From the NCBI GenBank assembly GCA_965113315.1, contig OZ220363.1: a DNA stretch of 64,000 bases; one strand, 5' to 3'. Within the stretch, counting starts at the first letter, position 1, and every line of letters starts with the position of its first letter. The position numbers and the translations under genes are program-made. Under the pieces are notes generated by a model. It searched no databases. It saw only the letters and a list, made by a program, of their open reading frames with translations, and was not told where the DNA came from. Shown here piece after piece: positions 1 through 13,379 of the stretch. Source of the stretch: Podarcis vaucheri (Eukaryota).

Positions 1-115
1 GTGACAGCAACCTCTACGTGGTTGAGGGTTACAGTGATGCTGGCCGGCTGCCCCTCCACCGCATACACCACATCTGGCTTGTCCAGGATCATGGGGGCCT
101 CCGCTAGGTAAGGCC
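1..115 (-). CDS. SPEG: SPEG Ig exon, truncated by the window edge ([38 protein letters not shown])
   Basis: ttgcag|GG acceptor, open to the window edge. Matches remembered [31 protein letters not shown]. Confidence 0.95.
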
Positions 116-1095
116 CTGCAAGCACAGCCACCATAGCAGACAACACAAGGAGGTCAGTTTGCTGTTCTAGATCGAGAATATGGAACCTGTGGTCCTCCAG
201 AGGTTGCTAGACCACAGCTCCCATAATCCCTCACCATTGGAAATGCTGGCTGGGACTGCTGGGAGTGGAGGCCAACTTCTGGAGGAGACACAGGTTCCCC
301 ACCCTGGACCATCAGTATGTAGGGGAGTGGACAGATATCCAAGTTCTCAGCTAGCTAGGTTAGATTCCTGTTTTGACACATCAAACAGGAACCCTTCCTT
401 TGGGGGTTCACATTCCAGAGGTCATTCCTGAATAATTCCTGATTTATTGTACCCAGACACTGAGCCCGGAGCCGAATCTCCTCTAGCCCAGAATAAGCAT
501 TATGCCAAAAGTGCTCTAATATGGGCTCTTGGCCGCAAGGGGGAAACCCACTTCTAGCAGTTCTTTCGTGGGATTTTCAATGTGTATAGAGAACATGCCA
601 AGCAAAGGATTCAGCAACTCTACTTCAACAGAGGAGCTACTACAAAGATGCTGGAGGTGGCAAGCAGTTCCCCCAAGGGAGAAAGCATTTATGGCTTTCT
701 GCCATGGGCTCTGGAGAAACAATGACATTGATTATATCAGAATCTTTATATTTAGGATTAGAACCCGAGTAAACCCTGCGGCCTAATTATAAGACTAGAA
801 AGGAGCAGAAAGTTAGAAATGCAACCTTTCCTTCTGTTTTGTTATGGGCCTTTGGCTATTTGCTTCTGTCTGATTCTATCTAAATATGTTTCTTGTTGAA
901 CCACCAGAGCATCAGACTGAGACTGGGAAAATCTCATTTGCCCTCAGGCATCATCACTGCGGCTTGCGGTATGTGTGTGTGAGGAGACTACCATAGTGTC
1001 AGCTTCTTTTCCATTTCCCTCCTCCTAGTTCCACCTGCCCCCCCCCCCTCCGCCACCTGTCCTCTTCCCCTTCCCCTGCTTTGATGCTGCCTTAC

Positions 1096-1302
1096 CACGA
1101 TCAAGGAGCTGCACAGCCTCAGTGGGGGGAGAGGGCTTGCTATTAGCCTTGGCTGTAGCTGTGAGTACACGGAACATGTAGCGGATGCCCTTCTTCAGAG
1201 CCAGGACGGTGTAGCTGGTGTCACGCACCCCCGTGGCAATCACAGTCCAGTGGCTGCTACCCAGGACTTGCTGCTGGATGGTGTAAGTCACAGCTGCAGG
1301 GT
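1096..1302 (-). CDS. SPEG: SPEG FN3 exon, C-part (DPAAVTYTIQQQVLGS...VQLLDR)
   Basis: tctcag|AC..CGTG|gtaagg, 207 nt. Confidence 0.96.
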
Positions 1303-2267
1303 CTGAGAACAGAAGAAGAGAACTTCCAGCAGAAAGCTAGTGAGGCTATGCATCATTTGTCCAGAGTCAGGACTTTGTGCTTTGTTTGTATGCCACCCCC
1401 CCCCCCCTCAATACTACAGTAGTGGGGAGGCAAGCAGCTGTCTGTGAGTAACAAGGATATGGCAGGCTGTTGGGAAAACTGGATAATACTCACCCTCTGG
1501 ATAGTTTCTCGCCCTTAAAGCTAATTGATGCCCTTTAGATTCGCACGAACAACAGCTTTTGGTCAGCAACAACATAAGTAAAACAGCAAAGTAAGTTTCT
1601 AGTCCTTATGGGCTAAGCAGGATATGCTTGGAAATGTGTGAGTAACACCACCTGAAATTTTCAGGTAGCTGTATAAGATTTTTGGTAAACTGTTTTACCG
1701 GCCTGCACATATTTTGTATACCATAAAGTATACAAAATAACAGCAATTGTGCAAATTGGCTTAATTTGCAAAATGCAGCTTTTCTGAGGCACAGCTTTGT
1801 ATGTGTGGGATGTGTGTGTGAGAGTGAGTGAGTGAGAGAGAGAGAGAAGCAGATACACTCCTAACAACAACCCACCAGTGCTAATGTGAATGCATTTTCC
1901 AGTCAGTGTATGCAAATGTGTAATGCCCCCTTTGCCTGCCAGCAGCACGCAGAGAGAGTGGGCTGTACAACACATCAATGGCAGCTGTCAGTGAGAGCGG
2001 GGGCCTCACTTGCAATCGCAGCACCAGATTGCGCACCCACCTGCCCAGTGACAACTGCCAGGCTGCCCAGCAGAGGAATCCAGTTATGTGGAATGGCCTG
2101 CCCTCTAAGATGCATTTGCCCTACAGCAGGAGAGACTGGGGCACCAGCTCCTGCATCTGACACCAAATTCTCCCAATTGGTACCTCAAGCAGCTATTTCT
2201 TCACAGCCCAGCTCCTTCTCTACCCGGCTGCCACTACACTGCCACTTGCCTTCCTGGCCCTGCTTAC

Positions 2268-2372
2268 CAATAGCTGAATCCAGCCACTTGGGCTTGTTCC
2301 ATTTCAGAGTGACTGCTCGGCCAGTGACAGCAGCTATGGCTGGCGGGCCATCAGGGGGTGTGGGCACCACAT
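2268..2372 (-). CDS. SPEG: SPEG FN3 exon, N-part ([11 protein letters not shown]...[11 protein letters not shown])
   Basis: ttacag|AT..ATTG|gtaagc, 105 nt. Confidence 0.96.
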
Positions 2373-2445
2373 CTGTAAAAGGCAAGCATGGAGGTGGGTG
2401 AGGACCCATCAAGAACACAGGGGAAGATGAGGAGACAGGGGCAAA

Positions 2446-2630
2446 TGTACACATTATTCCTTTAAAGCACATCTGAAGCATGTTATTTCCTTCCAATAAT
2501 TCTGAGCCCTGTAGTTTGTTAAGGGTTGCTGAGAATTGTAACAAAGTGAGGGGTAAACTGTAGTACCCAGAATTCTTTGAGGAGCAGGGAAATGTGCTTC
2601 AAATGTGCTTTAAAAATATTGCGTGTACAT
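2446..2630. repeat. Palindromic ~190-bp dispersed MITE family (also about 9775-9930, 10430-10592, 15430-15733, 39120-39235, 44330-44500, 57115-57230)
   Basis: Shared core tttaaagcacat..ctgggaactgtagtttgttaagggtgctg..aaactacagttcccag..atgtgctttaaa. Confidence 0.75.
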
Positions 2631-3408
2631 AGACAGTATGCTCTGCTTTCTGATCAGGATCACCTTTGCCCCCTTCCCTAGGGGATTCTGAGGCTTGGGT
2701 ACTAGTCTATGTTTTTAATTAGCGGGTGCTTAAGTCACTCTTTCTAGAGTGAGTTCCAGGACTCAATGAAATTATGTGGTCTCCTACATGTTATAGGTTC
2801 AAACAGCAGAGAGCTGGAAGACATCTGAAGCCCTCTATAGATGGCTTTCTTGCTCCACCAGAAGATAGCTCCATGACCAGTTAAGAATGGAATCAGGCTC
2901 TTAGACTTCACATTTGCCATCCTGGGATAGAATGATCCAAAATATTACAGAAGGCCATTCCACACTAGCACTGAGAAGATGTGTGGGGCTGCATGCCTGC
3001 AATGGGCATGACCAGAGGAAGAAGGAAAACAGGACCAGAGTCAAAAGTGACAGATCAACAGATGTGGCTCTTACATTTGTCAAATAGGCTGCATTCCAGC
3101 CATGCAAAGGTCGGAACTTTCTACGCCAACCCACCCTCACAACTCCAGGCAAGCGACGGGCATTGTTATAGTTCAAGGACTATATTCTAGTTCAAAGACG
3201 CATTCCAGCCATGCAAAGGCACTTGAGGGTATGGAGCAGGGCAAGTGAGGGTTGGGGCCTGGGAAGTGTCCCAAGGGTTGGACAGAGAGGTCTAAAGGGT
3301 CATAGTCAGCCCTCAGGCCCAAGGTTCGCCATCCCTGGGCCCAGGCAAAGCACCTCATGGGGTGCTGATGCTGAACAGCAGCTCCTCTCACTGTTTCCCC
3401 ATCCTTAC

Positions 3409-3528
3409 CTGTGACATAGAGGTGAGCATAGCAGGTGGCCTTGCCCAGTTTGTTGGCAATGACACTTTTATAAACCCCGGCGTGGGCGTGACTGACAGAG
3501 ATGAAGACCAAGCGATGCACATCCTTGT
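3409..3528 (-). CDS. SPEG: SPEG Ig exon (YKDVHRLVF...CYAHLYVT)
   Basis: ttgcag|AC..ACAG|gtaagg, 120 nt. Confidence 0.96.
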
Positions 3529-4222
3529 CTGCAATGGACGGCGGAAGGAAGGGAACAGAGAACATGTTACAACCTTTGTACAAAGGAACAACCAGTGAGA
3601 GCCAAAGCATACAGGTACTGACATGTTTGCTAGGGAAATGATATTAGGGACATGGGGAGGGAAGGTGTAGCAATGTGGGGGGGGGGTAGAATCCTGCAAC
3701 CCTGCCTTATTTTCACTGGGAAGGGCTCAGCAAATTGCCTCCCCAGCTCCAGCTGGTGCTTCTATATCAAGGTCAGTGTCAGAGGTTGGCACAGTCGGGC
3801 ATCCGCTGTGACCTATGGCTCTGCAGAGGTCCCACTGCCAAGAGACTCAGGCCCCTTCCCCTTTGCCTCCTTGCCACAGAAACCTTCCTCTGGCCCAGAG
3901 GGGGGTGAGCTGAGCAAGGAAACAATGGTGGCAAGAAAGGAAAAAAAGAAGCTGCTCACATAGCCACCTATCCTCCAGCTCTTTACTGGGGAAGTACACC
4001 CCCCCCCAAAAAAAAAGTCTGGAGGGGACCTGTTTCTTGTGCAAAGCAGCTTACAGATGAGATCAATTACAATCACCGCAACAACGAGGAGGAGGAAGAA
4101 GAAAGAGGTGATGGGAGTGCACAGAGGCTGCCTGGTCCAAGACCTCCCTACTCTGGATCTGGCCCTGTTTCATGAGGCAGCTCCTTTATGCGCATGGGGG
4201 AAATGCAAGGAGAGAAGCCTAC

Positions 4223-4452
4223 ACTGCATCATCCTGCGATCATCAGTGCTCTCGATGCGCCGGCCCTTGTGGAACCAGGTGATGGCTGGGTAGGGCAGCC
4301 CAGCCACTTGGCACTCAAGCACAGCCTCCTTGGATTCCACCACGTCCAGGTCATGCAGCGGCTGCAGAAAGTCAGGCATGGTGAAGCGCTCCACTTCGCT
4401 CTCCCCTTGTTCCGGCTCCTCGGGGATAGAGGGCATCTTCTCCAGCTTGGAG
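4223..4452 (-). CDS. SPEG: SPEG Ig exon ([17 protein letters not shown]...[11 protein letters not shown])
   Basis: ttgcag|C..CAGT|gtaggc, 230 nt, phase 2-1. Confidence 0.96.
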
Positions 4453-6594
4453 CTGCAAGGCCAAAAAGGGAGAGGAAAGAGAGGTCTCAATCGAAGCAGC
4501 CAGCCCAGCCGCAGGGCTGCCCTGCTCATGGGAATCTACAGCCACATCTCACAAAGAATCACAGCCACAGATATGATAAGTCGGAGGTATCCTATTGGAA
4601 CAGGAAAAGCCATCTGCGCAGGCAAGCCATGATCAGGTTTCACAGATGCAGGCATGGTGGAGAAAAGCCATAGGGGAGTTTCTTGCAAACATTCCCCAGG
4701 GAAAACAAGCAGCAGATAAATGAGGATTGGGAAGTGCTTCTATTGTTACCGAAGGGAGATCAAGTGATCCCAAAGGAGCTGCAGAAGTATGAAACAAATG
4801 TGGATTATGGAGTGATTGCAGGGGGAAATTACAGATCAATATCATCCAGTGTGTGGCTGGGAAATGAGGATCCCTAACTACTTGAGTTTGATAGTGACTA
4901 TACAGAGATAAGGAACCATGCCAAGAGAAATCAACCAGGCAAAAGCAGCTGGCGAATATATTTCCTCCTGCTTCACAAACAGAAAACTGTAGGTGTATAA
5001 GGCAGGAAACGCCATACTTTCTTGGAGCAGTTTTTGATAGCCATAGGAAAATCTGCTGGTTGTATGAAATAGGTAATATATTGGATAATAAACTGGGAAA
5101 TAACATACAGTACTGAACCCAACCCAGTTCAATCGCTTCAGGGTTTTGTCCACGCTTAAAGAGGAATGGAAAAACATTTGCCTTTAACTAAAGTTGAGAT
5201 GTCTTTGCAATCAATCCAACAGCTTGGCTCTGGGGAGGGATAATGCTTTTCATTGCCCTGGAATAACCAGATAACTGCCTGTTTGCATGCAGTGCCAGGG
5301 ATATCTGCTATTCTGCTACAACGGATTGACTCTCCCGGTCCTTTTTTATATTACATGTAATCGGTTCAATCGGCCTTAATATAAAATGCCTCTATTTTGT
5401 CTGGCTAATGTCCCTCGTTTTAAGCATGCTAATTATAGTTGCTGATGCATCGAAGGATTTGTGCTCTGAAAGAGCATGTGCACTTATAAGACGTGGAACA
5501 GGAATACAAGAGCGGAGTATGTTGGGAAAGACTGGTAAGGCCACAGGCAAAGCTGATTCTCACAAGAAGACGGCAAGAGCCATCTGAGAGTGACTGTGTT
5601 TGAGGGCCACTCTGGTTTGGGCAACGAGCCAGGCTGTGACGGGGCCTGCATTCCAGGGAACTTCCTGTGTGCTTGGGTCAGTGAGAACAGAGGCCGGGTC
5701 TGGTTCTCATGAATACAGAATTACTCCCAGGTTGAGGAGTTTCCCCCTCATATTAGGATTGCTGGGCCAGGGTGGGGAGCAGCTATCACCACTCATATAC
5801 AAATGTCAGTAAGGCAATGCATTTGAAACACAGAAGTTAATATCACAGACAAACAACTTCTAGTTGTTTATTGCCTGACATTAATATGGAACTTGGGGGT
5901 GGGGAGAAGACACACTGTGTAGTCAAAAGCCAAAGAAAACAAACAGCATTTATTCCATTGGTCAGGATGGTTTAAAAATGGCCCTGGCCTTAAATGTGCC
6001 CTCCCCACAAAAAAGATGCAGTGCCAGGGCACAGTGCAAGCTGAATTAGGAGGCCATGGGTATATTCGCATAAGCAAATTAGCACAGGAAGATAGCTGGT
6101 GCCAGAACATTGGCTGTAAGAAATATTAAAATGCCCACAACTGACTGTGACCCAACACCTAAGGCAAGTGGTAGGGAACTTCAGGCCCAGGGTCCAAATG
6201 TGGCCCTCCAAGTTCTCTACCTGGCCCTTCGGTCTCGCCCCAGACTACTACCACCCCATTCCTCAGGCCCCAAGTGCTTTCCCCCTCTGACTGGAATATG
6301 TTCCTGAACTGTAAAAATGTCCCTTGCTTGCCTGGAGAGAGGATGGAGAAAGGTGTGTGTTTGGGGGTGCAGAGAGAAAGAGAGAGAACACTCTCTGACT
6401 TTTCTGTGGCTGAAACGAAGCCTACTATAGAAAGGTTACCTACCACCCATGGAACCTTTCACCCCCTGAAAGGTTATCCATGTGCTAATGTGGTCTTTGA
6501 GCTGAAAAAAGGTTCCTTGCCCCTGATTTAATGGGATATCCTGGCATCCAGCTCTAGGCCCCATCCTCAGCCCTACCTTTCTCCTCATACTCAC

Positions 6595-6784
6595 ATCTGA
6601 GAGCTGGTTGCTGGTCTCGGCTCCTCCACATACAGCTCAGCGGTGCACTCGGCTCGGCCATGTTTGTTGCTGGCGCTCACTCCGTACTGGCCCTCGTCCT
6701 CGGAGCTCACGTGCAGGAGCAGCAACGAGTACAGCCCGTCGTCCCGCTGCAGGCGCATGGTTTCCCCCTCTTGCACAGGCTGGC
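6595..6784 (-). CDS. SPEG: SPEG Ig exon ([17 protein letters not shown]...[15 protein letters not shown])
   Basis: atgcag|GC..AT|gtgagt, 190 nt, phase 1-2. Confidence 0.95.
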
Positions 6785-7618
6785 CTGCATCAGACACATC
6801 TCAGTCAGAGAGCCCTGGTCCGAAAGCAAGAGGAACCAAGGCAGGCATTATCCTGAACGGAACCAAGCCTTCCACTGGTTTAGGGCCTGGAACGGGGAGA
6901 TGGCATCCCTCTATCCCTTGGGCCACGATAGGGAACGGAAATAAAGAGGGAGAGGCCTTGCCCAGCCCCACCCCAGAAGAGTAGCTATACTGAAATTTGT
7001 GGCATGGGGTAGGTAGGCCACACTGCCCTACACATGCTAGTCTTGCTACAAATGTGGGAGAGCTCTTTTGCCAGCAACCGGCTCCCAGTCTGAAGAAGAG
7101 GGCGGCATCCAGCACAGCTCACGATCCTGAATAAAAACTTGTAGATCAACTTTGTCATCCAGAGCAGCGGCTGAGTTCGTAGCTGGAAACAGAGTATGCA
7201 GAAAGGCCTGCTGTGCACTTGAGAACTGTGGACACTCCAACAAGAAAGTGAAGAGAACGCTACAGAGGCATGCACATGGGTGCAACCCCAGCCAAACAGC
7301 ATAGATACTGAGAGGTAGGGACTCTGTGCCCAGTCCTTAGGTGGACACATTTGACCATAATCAGATGTGCTGGTTTCAATTCAAGAAGCTGATTGATGGT
7401 CTGCCCCTGCCCCCTCCTCCCAGTTGTCATGGTTTCCAAAAAGGAATGTGGAGTGGGGAGCAGCTTGACCCTGCAGCCTGATCTCTCTGCAACATCAAGG
7501 CCACCATGAATAGCTGGGCACCGATCCCACACTCTATTGTCCTCCCAAACCCCCAAAAGCTGATTTTTGAATTCCCTGTTACCCAGAGCCTCCTGTACTG
7601 CGAGATGGAGGCTATTAC

Positions 7619-7777
7619 CGAAACGTGTCCAGGTGACAACTGGTGTGGGTTTGCCGCTGATCTTGCAGTCGAACCGTGCCATCCGCCCCTCTACCACAGC
7701 CACGGCCTCCAGCTTGCGGGTGAAGAGTGGCTGCTGCGAGGGCAAGACCGTCAGCTTGGCGCTGCATGTCAGCTCAT
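7619..7777 (-). CDS. SPEG: SPEG Ig exon ([14 protein letters not shown]...[20 protein letters not shown])
   Basis: ttgcag|AT..TTCG|gtaata, 159 nt. Confidence 0.96.
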
Positions 7778-8362
7778 CTGCAAGGCACAGCGAAGGGTCA
7801 GCTACAGTGGAGGGCCCTGGAGAAATCTTCCCTTCCCTTCCGAAAGCAGCCTCAGTGTCATGGATGGAAGGCACAGTAGGGGAAGCAGCTGGCAGCAGAT
7901 TATGTGCCTGGACTGCTATACCCTTGGGCATGGGACGGTTGTGAGAAGTGGTGAGCAAGGGAAACGTTGGGGGCAAAAGAGCAGGAAGGAAGTTCTTTGG
8001 GCATAGGGTTGGAGTTATTAAGGAAGAGGAGAGTTCATAAGCTAATTGCTTCTGCTTCTTTCTGGGCACTGTCTTAAAGCTGACCCTGGCTTCCAATTCT
8101 CCATTAGATCCTAATGCTTGGAGGTAGGTTATTTTTATGATTCATTTACTTATTAATGCAATATAATTATTTGCTATTCTTCCTTGTGAAAATTCTTGCT
8201 AATCTTTTGATAACACCTTGAGCCAGTTTGGCTAATATCTTGTGAGAAAGCAGCATACAAATAAGCAGGCGAATGAATGAATTATCCAACTTTTTAAATG
8301 GTTCTGCTCTTCTGCACTGAATGCCACTCTTTCTGATGCACAGAAATGAAACAGGGAAAGGT

Positions 8363-8363
<1 letters not shown>

Positions 8364-8436
<73 letters not shown>
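8364..8436. repeat. (CT)n(CA)n compound microsatellite
   Basis: Read directly from the sequence. Confidence 0.98.
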
Positions 8437-8439
<3 letters not shown>

Positions 8440-8975
8440 TTTATCTCCAAACCACAAAAATCCTCAGCTGCTGAATTTCGGCATGTCAGGTTGCTGTTAA
8501 AGGCACAGGATCCAGGCTAGGGTGTGGGTAAGAGGAGAAAGTGACAACAACCCTCCTTAGAACATTCCTGCAAAAGCTGCCAGCCTCTGTTCAAATCACT
8601 AAGGTAACAGAATCTAAGCCCCTTTGTATGGGTAGGCGTCAGGTTTGCCAGTTTCCCTCCCCTCCTCTGCAGCTCCCTCCAACATCTGTTCATTGGCTTT
8701 GAATCTGTCATCTGACAGGGCTGTCAGAGGATGTACTTGAGCATGTCCGAGACTAGGAGAGAGGAGAATGTAAATAAAAGTCATTTGCCTCCCTAATCAG
8801 GTTGCCACTACTACTGTGCAGGCCTCTCTAATAGTGACGGCCACTGTAATGTCATCATTACTAAGACACTGGGCACTACCAGAGGTGGGTTTAATTTGCA
8901 AGCAGAGTGTTGGTGATAAGTACAATCCCGAAAGGTAAAATTGTATTTTTGTTGCCAGTGATAAGCACTTCTGGG

Positions 8976-9267
8976 CAGTGTTGGCTGGTTCCCATTGGAA
9001 TTGGTGGGGCAGACGGGAAGGAGGCCCAGCAATTGGTGGAGCCAGAGCCAGTAACAGGCAGAGTCAGCAAATCCCCCATCATCCTCCCTGCTTCGTTCTG
9101 CAAGGGAAATCCTGTTAAGACTAAGGAGGAGGAGACTAAGGAGGAGGAAGCCCACAGACCATTTTGCCCCCTGGACAAGCAAGCCAGTGAGCAGTGGGGA
9201 TTGGCTGAGGACGGACTGAGGCTGGCAGCCCAGTGCTCCATTCACCCTATTGGACCACCCTCCACTG
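8976..9267. mobile_element. Non-autonomous hAT-type element, about 290 bp
   Basis: Ends cagtgttggctggt / accaccctccactg, 8-bp TSD cttctggg / cttatggg. Inverted homologue at 61953-62231. Confidence 0.75.
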
Positions 9268-11310
9268 CTTATGGGGATTTTCTCCCTCAGGTGCCAATAT
9301 AACTTGTCTCGCCTTGCTAAGCCGCTTGCACTCAAACAAGGTGCTGTTTTTAAAGCCAGCCCCACCACTCCTGCCACAAAGAGGTGATTGTGGCAAGAAA
9401 TGGGTAACAAGCAATGCCATTCCAGGCCCTAACTAATCCCACACCACTTGGGGAATTCATCCAAGCCACTGAACAGATTCCAAAGGGGTCTGGGGTGTGT
9501 CTGAGGCAAATTAAATAGGACTGCTCAGCTCCTTTCTCTCATGGAACTCCCGGTCTGGGGCTAGAACTCTGGTGCCTAGCTAAAAGCACCAGTGGAGTTC
9601 CTTATTGCAACTGTTTGATAGCAGAGTAGCTGCGCATGGCCTTGGGTGCTAGAGGGCACGACAATGACATAGCATCTGAGTGACAAACAGGTTCAAGACT
9701 GGGTGCAAACTCTTAGGGGTATGGTGATCCCCTTCCCTGGAAAAAGAAGAAGGAGGGATTGGATGTCTTCTGCTACATACACACCGTGTCTTTAAAGCAC
9801 ATTCAAAGCACATCCCAAGGATTCAGGGAACCGTCACAGAGCTACCATTCCCAGTACCCTTAGCAAACTACAGTTCTCAGGATTCTTTGGGTGAAGGAAA
9901 GGTGCTTTAAGTATGGTTTGTACACAGCCTTCTTTTCTGAATGTGAACTGTGTGCTCATATGAGCATAGGGTGGGGGCTTTCCCTTTGCCCCCTTTTGCA
10001 AGCTAGCCGCTCCGCATGTAACCTCTCCACGCACGAAATGACCTTTTCAGCCTGGCCACATAAAAGCAAGCAAGCAAGCAGGTCTGTGGAGGTTATTCTT
10101 GGCTGTATTATTTATCCTGCCAGTTCAGAAGCTCAGTACATACCTAAGGTATAAGGCCTACTATATTAATATATTTCTTTCCTTCTCTGCTGAAGCTTCT
10201 TGTCCCTTAATACAGGTCCAGAAAGCAACTCTTAGCTAGGGACTCAAATTCAGGATTGTAACCATGAGAGGACTGGCAACCACACAGTTGCATCCTTTAC
10301 TATACCTCTTGCCCCTTTGACTCCCTGTCCCCCAACCCATAAATTGCCCAGGAATTTATCTCAGCTCATCAGTCGGGAATGTCTTTTTATCTAACACCAA
10401 CTCAAGTGCACTGTGTTTGAGAACACACTCTACAGTGAAAGCACATTTAAAGCAAATGACTTCACTCTCCCACCAAGAATCCAGGGAACTGTAGTTTGTT
10501 AAAGGTGCTGGGAGTTATAGCTCTATGGGGGTAACCTACAGTTCCTAGAATTATTTGGGGGGAAATACATGTGCTTTAAATGTATGGTGACTACTGAGCC
10601 CTAGATAGCTCTGCATACGAAAGGAAATGGGGAAGCTCTTCTCTACCCCACACCCTAAAAACCACCAGGTGTCTGTTTGGTCCTTGCAGGAGAATTGTAA
10701 TGAACGTAGCATAGAAAAAAGACTGGCAAGGGAATTCCCACAACATGCCATTATATTTTTTGTGCTGTTTATTTGGTTTTCTGTCGATTGACGTTCGTTC
10801 TGATTCAGCAGGAAACAGCGGGTTTTCCCAGGGAAAGTAGGAGGACAAAATGAAACCTCTCAGACCTGTGATTAGAAATCATGGGACAAAGAAAAGTGCG
10901 GATTGGCCCTAACTTGTGCTGTATAACCCTTGGCCATTTGGACAGCAGGCTGGGCTCTGGTAGCTGCTGCTGTTCACCCCATACGGGAGTGGTGACATAT
11001 TTCATGTTGTTAGGTGATTTCTCCACTCCCATGACCCACTTTGCATGAACACTTTTAGTATTCTTATATTTGTACTCTTTTTATTGAATTTGTTACTGTA
11101 TTTTAAGTCACTTCAGGATGTCCATAAGTAAACTAAACTAAATTTGTTCTGCAGTTGCCCCTATCCAATCCAGCTGCCCTTCCCCAGCCTTGATATATAT
11201 ATATTTGATTTACTAAATCTGTGATGGATACAACACTATACACACCTATTCAGAAACAAGTCCCACTGAGTTTAATTTGTAGGACCTTCTCTCAAATGGG
11301 TATACAGACT

Positions 11311-11447
11311 CAGAGTTGGAAGGGACCTGGAGGGCCATTTAGTCCAACACCCTGCAATGCATGAATATGTAATTGTCTCTTACAGGAATCAAACCTACAA
11401 CCTTGGTATTATCAGCACCACACTCTATAACCAACTGAGCTATCCAG
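11311..11447 (-). mobile_element. tRNA-derived SINE with CR1-like tail
   Basis: Reverse strand reads gctggatagctcagttggtta...ggactaaatggccctccaggtcccttccaactctg. Confidence 0.7.
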
Positions 11448-12051
11448 CTGAACAAATCTACGCAGAAGAAAGTCCATCAAGTTCAATAGAAAGCGCTCCC
11501 AAGTAATGTGCCCCTAGGATTGCAGTCTCAATGCATTTTCTAGGTAGCAGGGAAGCAGATAGGGTGATGTGAAGGTTCTTACATTGGTTTAATGAGGCAT
11601 GCCAGCCCCCAGGGCCTAAGGCAGCAGGCTATTCATGCTTCCTGCTTTAGTATAAGGAATGAATTGTAACACTTTAAACATGTGTGCCTATTTTGAATGG
11701 TCAAATAATTATGGAATCTTAAAACTTCAGCATCACAGAGACACCATCCCCCCACCCAATTATATCAGTGCAGTGATGACCCTGTTGAAAATAGGGTTGC
11801 CAGCTGACCAGAAAAAAAACTGAGCCCAACCTGCTCTCGTGCCTGTTAGAGCACCTGAATATGGAGGAACAAGCAGGTTAAGGGTTTCAAGGGATGGAGA
11901 TAAACATCACCTATTTATATATGTTCATCACACTGCTATTAAAGGCACTGTTACAATGGTTGGTTGAAGGTGAGCAGCCAGTTACAAGCATCCCCTTCTT
12001 GCTCCTGGACCACCTTGACTTCTCCCAGTGCAGCATTTCCTCCTTCCTTAC

Positions 12052-12312
12052 CTTTAGCTGTGCTAAGCTTGCACGTGTAGATACCACTATCATCCTCATG
12101 CACAGAGGTAAGCAGTAGCTTGCACTTGCGCCCATCGAAATGCATCTTGCACTGGAGCAGAGCAGGCTGGAGCAGGCGCCCCCGCCATAGCCAGTCCACA
12201 TCCACATCAGGTGGGCCAGACACCAGGCACTCGAAGAGAGCTGCATCCCCAGCCCCCACCACCACGTCCTGCAGGGGGGCCAGCACTGCCAAGGACTGGG
12301 TCTCGGGGTGCA
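12052..12312 (-). CDS. SPEG: SPEG Ig exon ([17 protein letters not shown]...[12 protein letters not shown])
   Basis: ccccag|TG..AAAG|gtaagg, 261 nt, phase 1-1. Confidence 0.97.
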
Positions 12313-13339
12313 CTGGGGAAAAGGAGGGGAGGGGGAAGGGAGGAGGAAACGGAAAAAAAGAGAGAGAGAAAGAAAGATGCGTCTCTGAGCAATGGAACAA
12401 AAACAGGAAAAGATGCAGGGCACAAGGTGGGGGAAGCATGTTGTGAGTATTCATGGCTAAGTGAGATTGCCAAGCTGGCCAACATCTTGTTGATTGCCAG
12501 CAAGAGTAAAGGGTGCGATCCCTTCCCCATCCCTACTGTTAAGTGTCATGCAGTACTCCGACTCCTTTGGTTCAATATTCTCATAAGGATAATAATGCTA
12601 AGCTAGATTAAACTAGCAATGACTGACTTCAGTGTGCTGAAACTTCACTCACTGCATTTCTGGCTATGTTCAATGTCTATTAGTTTCTTCAGTTGTATAA
12701 GTATAATGAACAAAAAAACCCTAGGGCTTCTGCACTCTCCCAGAGTAGCTCTGAGGCATGGCTAACTTTCTACAAGACCTGCACAACTCACTGGGGGTAA
12801 CTAATACCATCACCTTGACAAATAACTTTAAGCTGCTCAAGATGCAAAGGAGGAGGAAGCATATGTATCTTGCACTGCCTGTTCCTCCCCTACATCTCAA
12901 ACACCCAAAGCCACGATAAATGCTGAATGGAAAAACCTGATGCAATAACTCTAGCTCTAGTGCTAAACCAGGATGCAAGACTAAGAACTAAGGAGAAGGA
13001 ATAAGTTGCTTCCCCCATGGCCCAGTTTCATCTTTCCTCCACACGTGAGGGAACTAACGGCCTGTAAGTTTTGCACACTTCAAACTACCAAGTTAAGACA
13101 AATCCGAGCAAATACTTCTGTGTGTACTGTGTTTAATACTTCAACAAAATACTACTTGAGGCTGGCAACCCATTAACCACTGCAACCAGGAATGAGTAGC
13201 AGGAGAGAGGAAGGCAGCCATATTCAGAAGCAAATTAAATGTGAATGAAAGAATGATGGGGTGTGGAGAACACAAGAGCAGGATATTGGGGTAAGAAGGG
13301 GACGTGGGGAAGAGGGAGACAGGGGTCTGCGCTAGGAAC

Positions 13340-13379
13340 AAACCACACAGCACTTTTACCAAACGAAACAGACTTTATT
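13340..13379 (-). terminator. Polyadenylation signal of the short isoforms
   Basis: AATAAA (plus-strand tttatt 13374-13379) followed about 20 nt later by a GU-rich element gtgctgtgtggtttgtt. Confidence 0.72.

Noticed and set aside
8811-9410. 199-aa and 131-aa ORFs
   Set aside because: They overlap a TIR/TSD-bounded non-autonomous element and show no transposase or other motif
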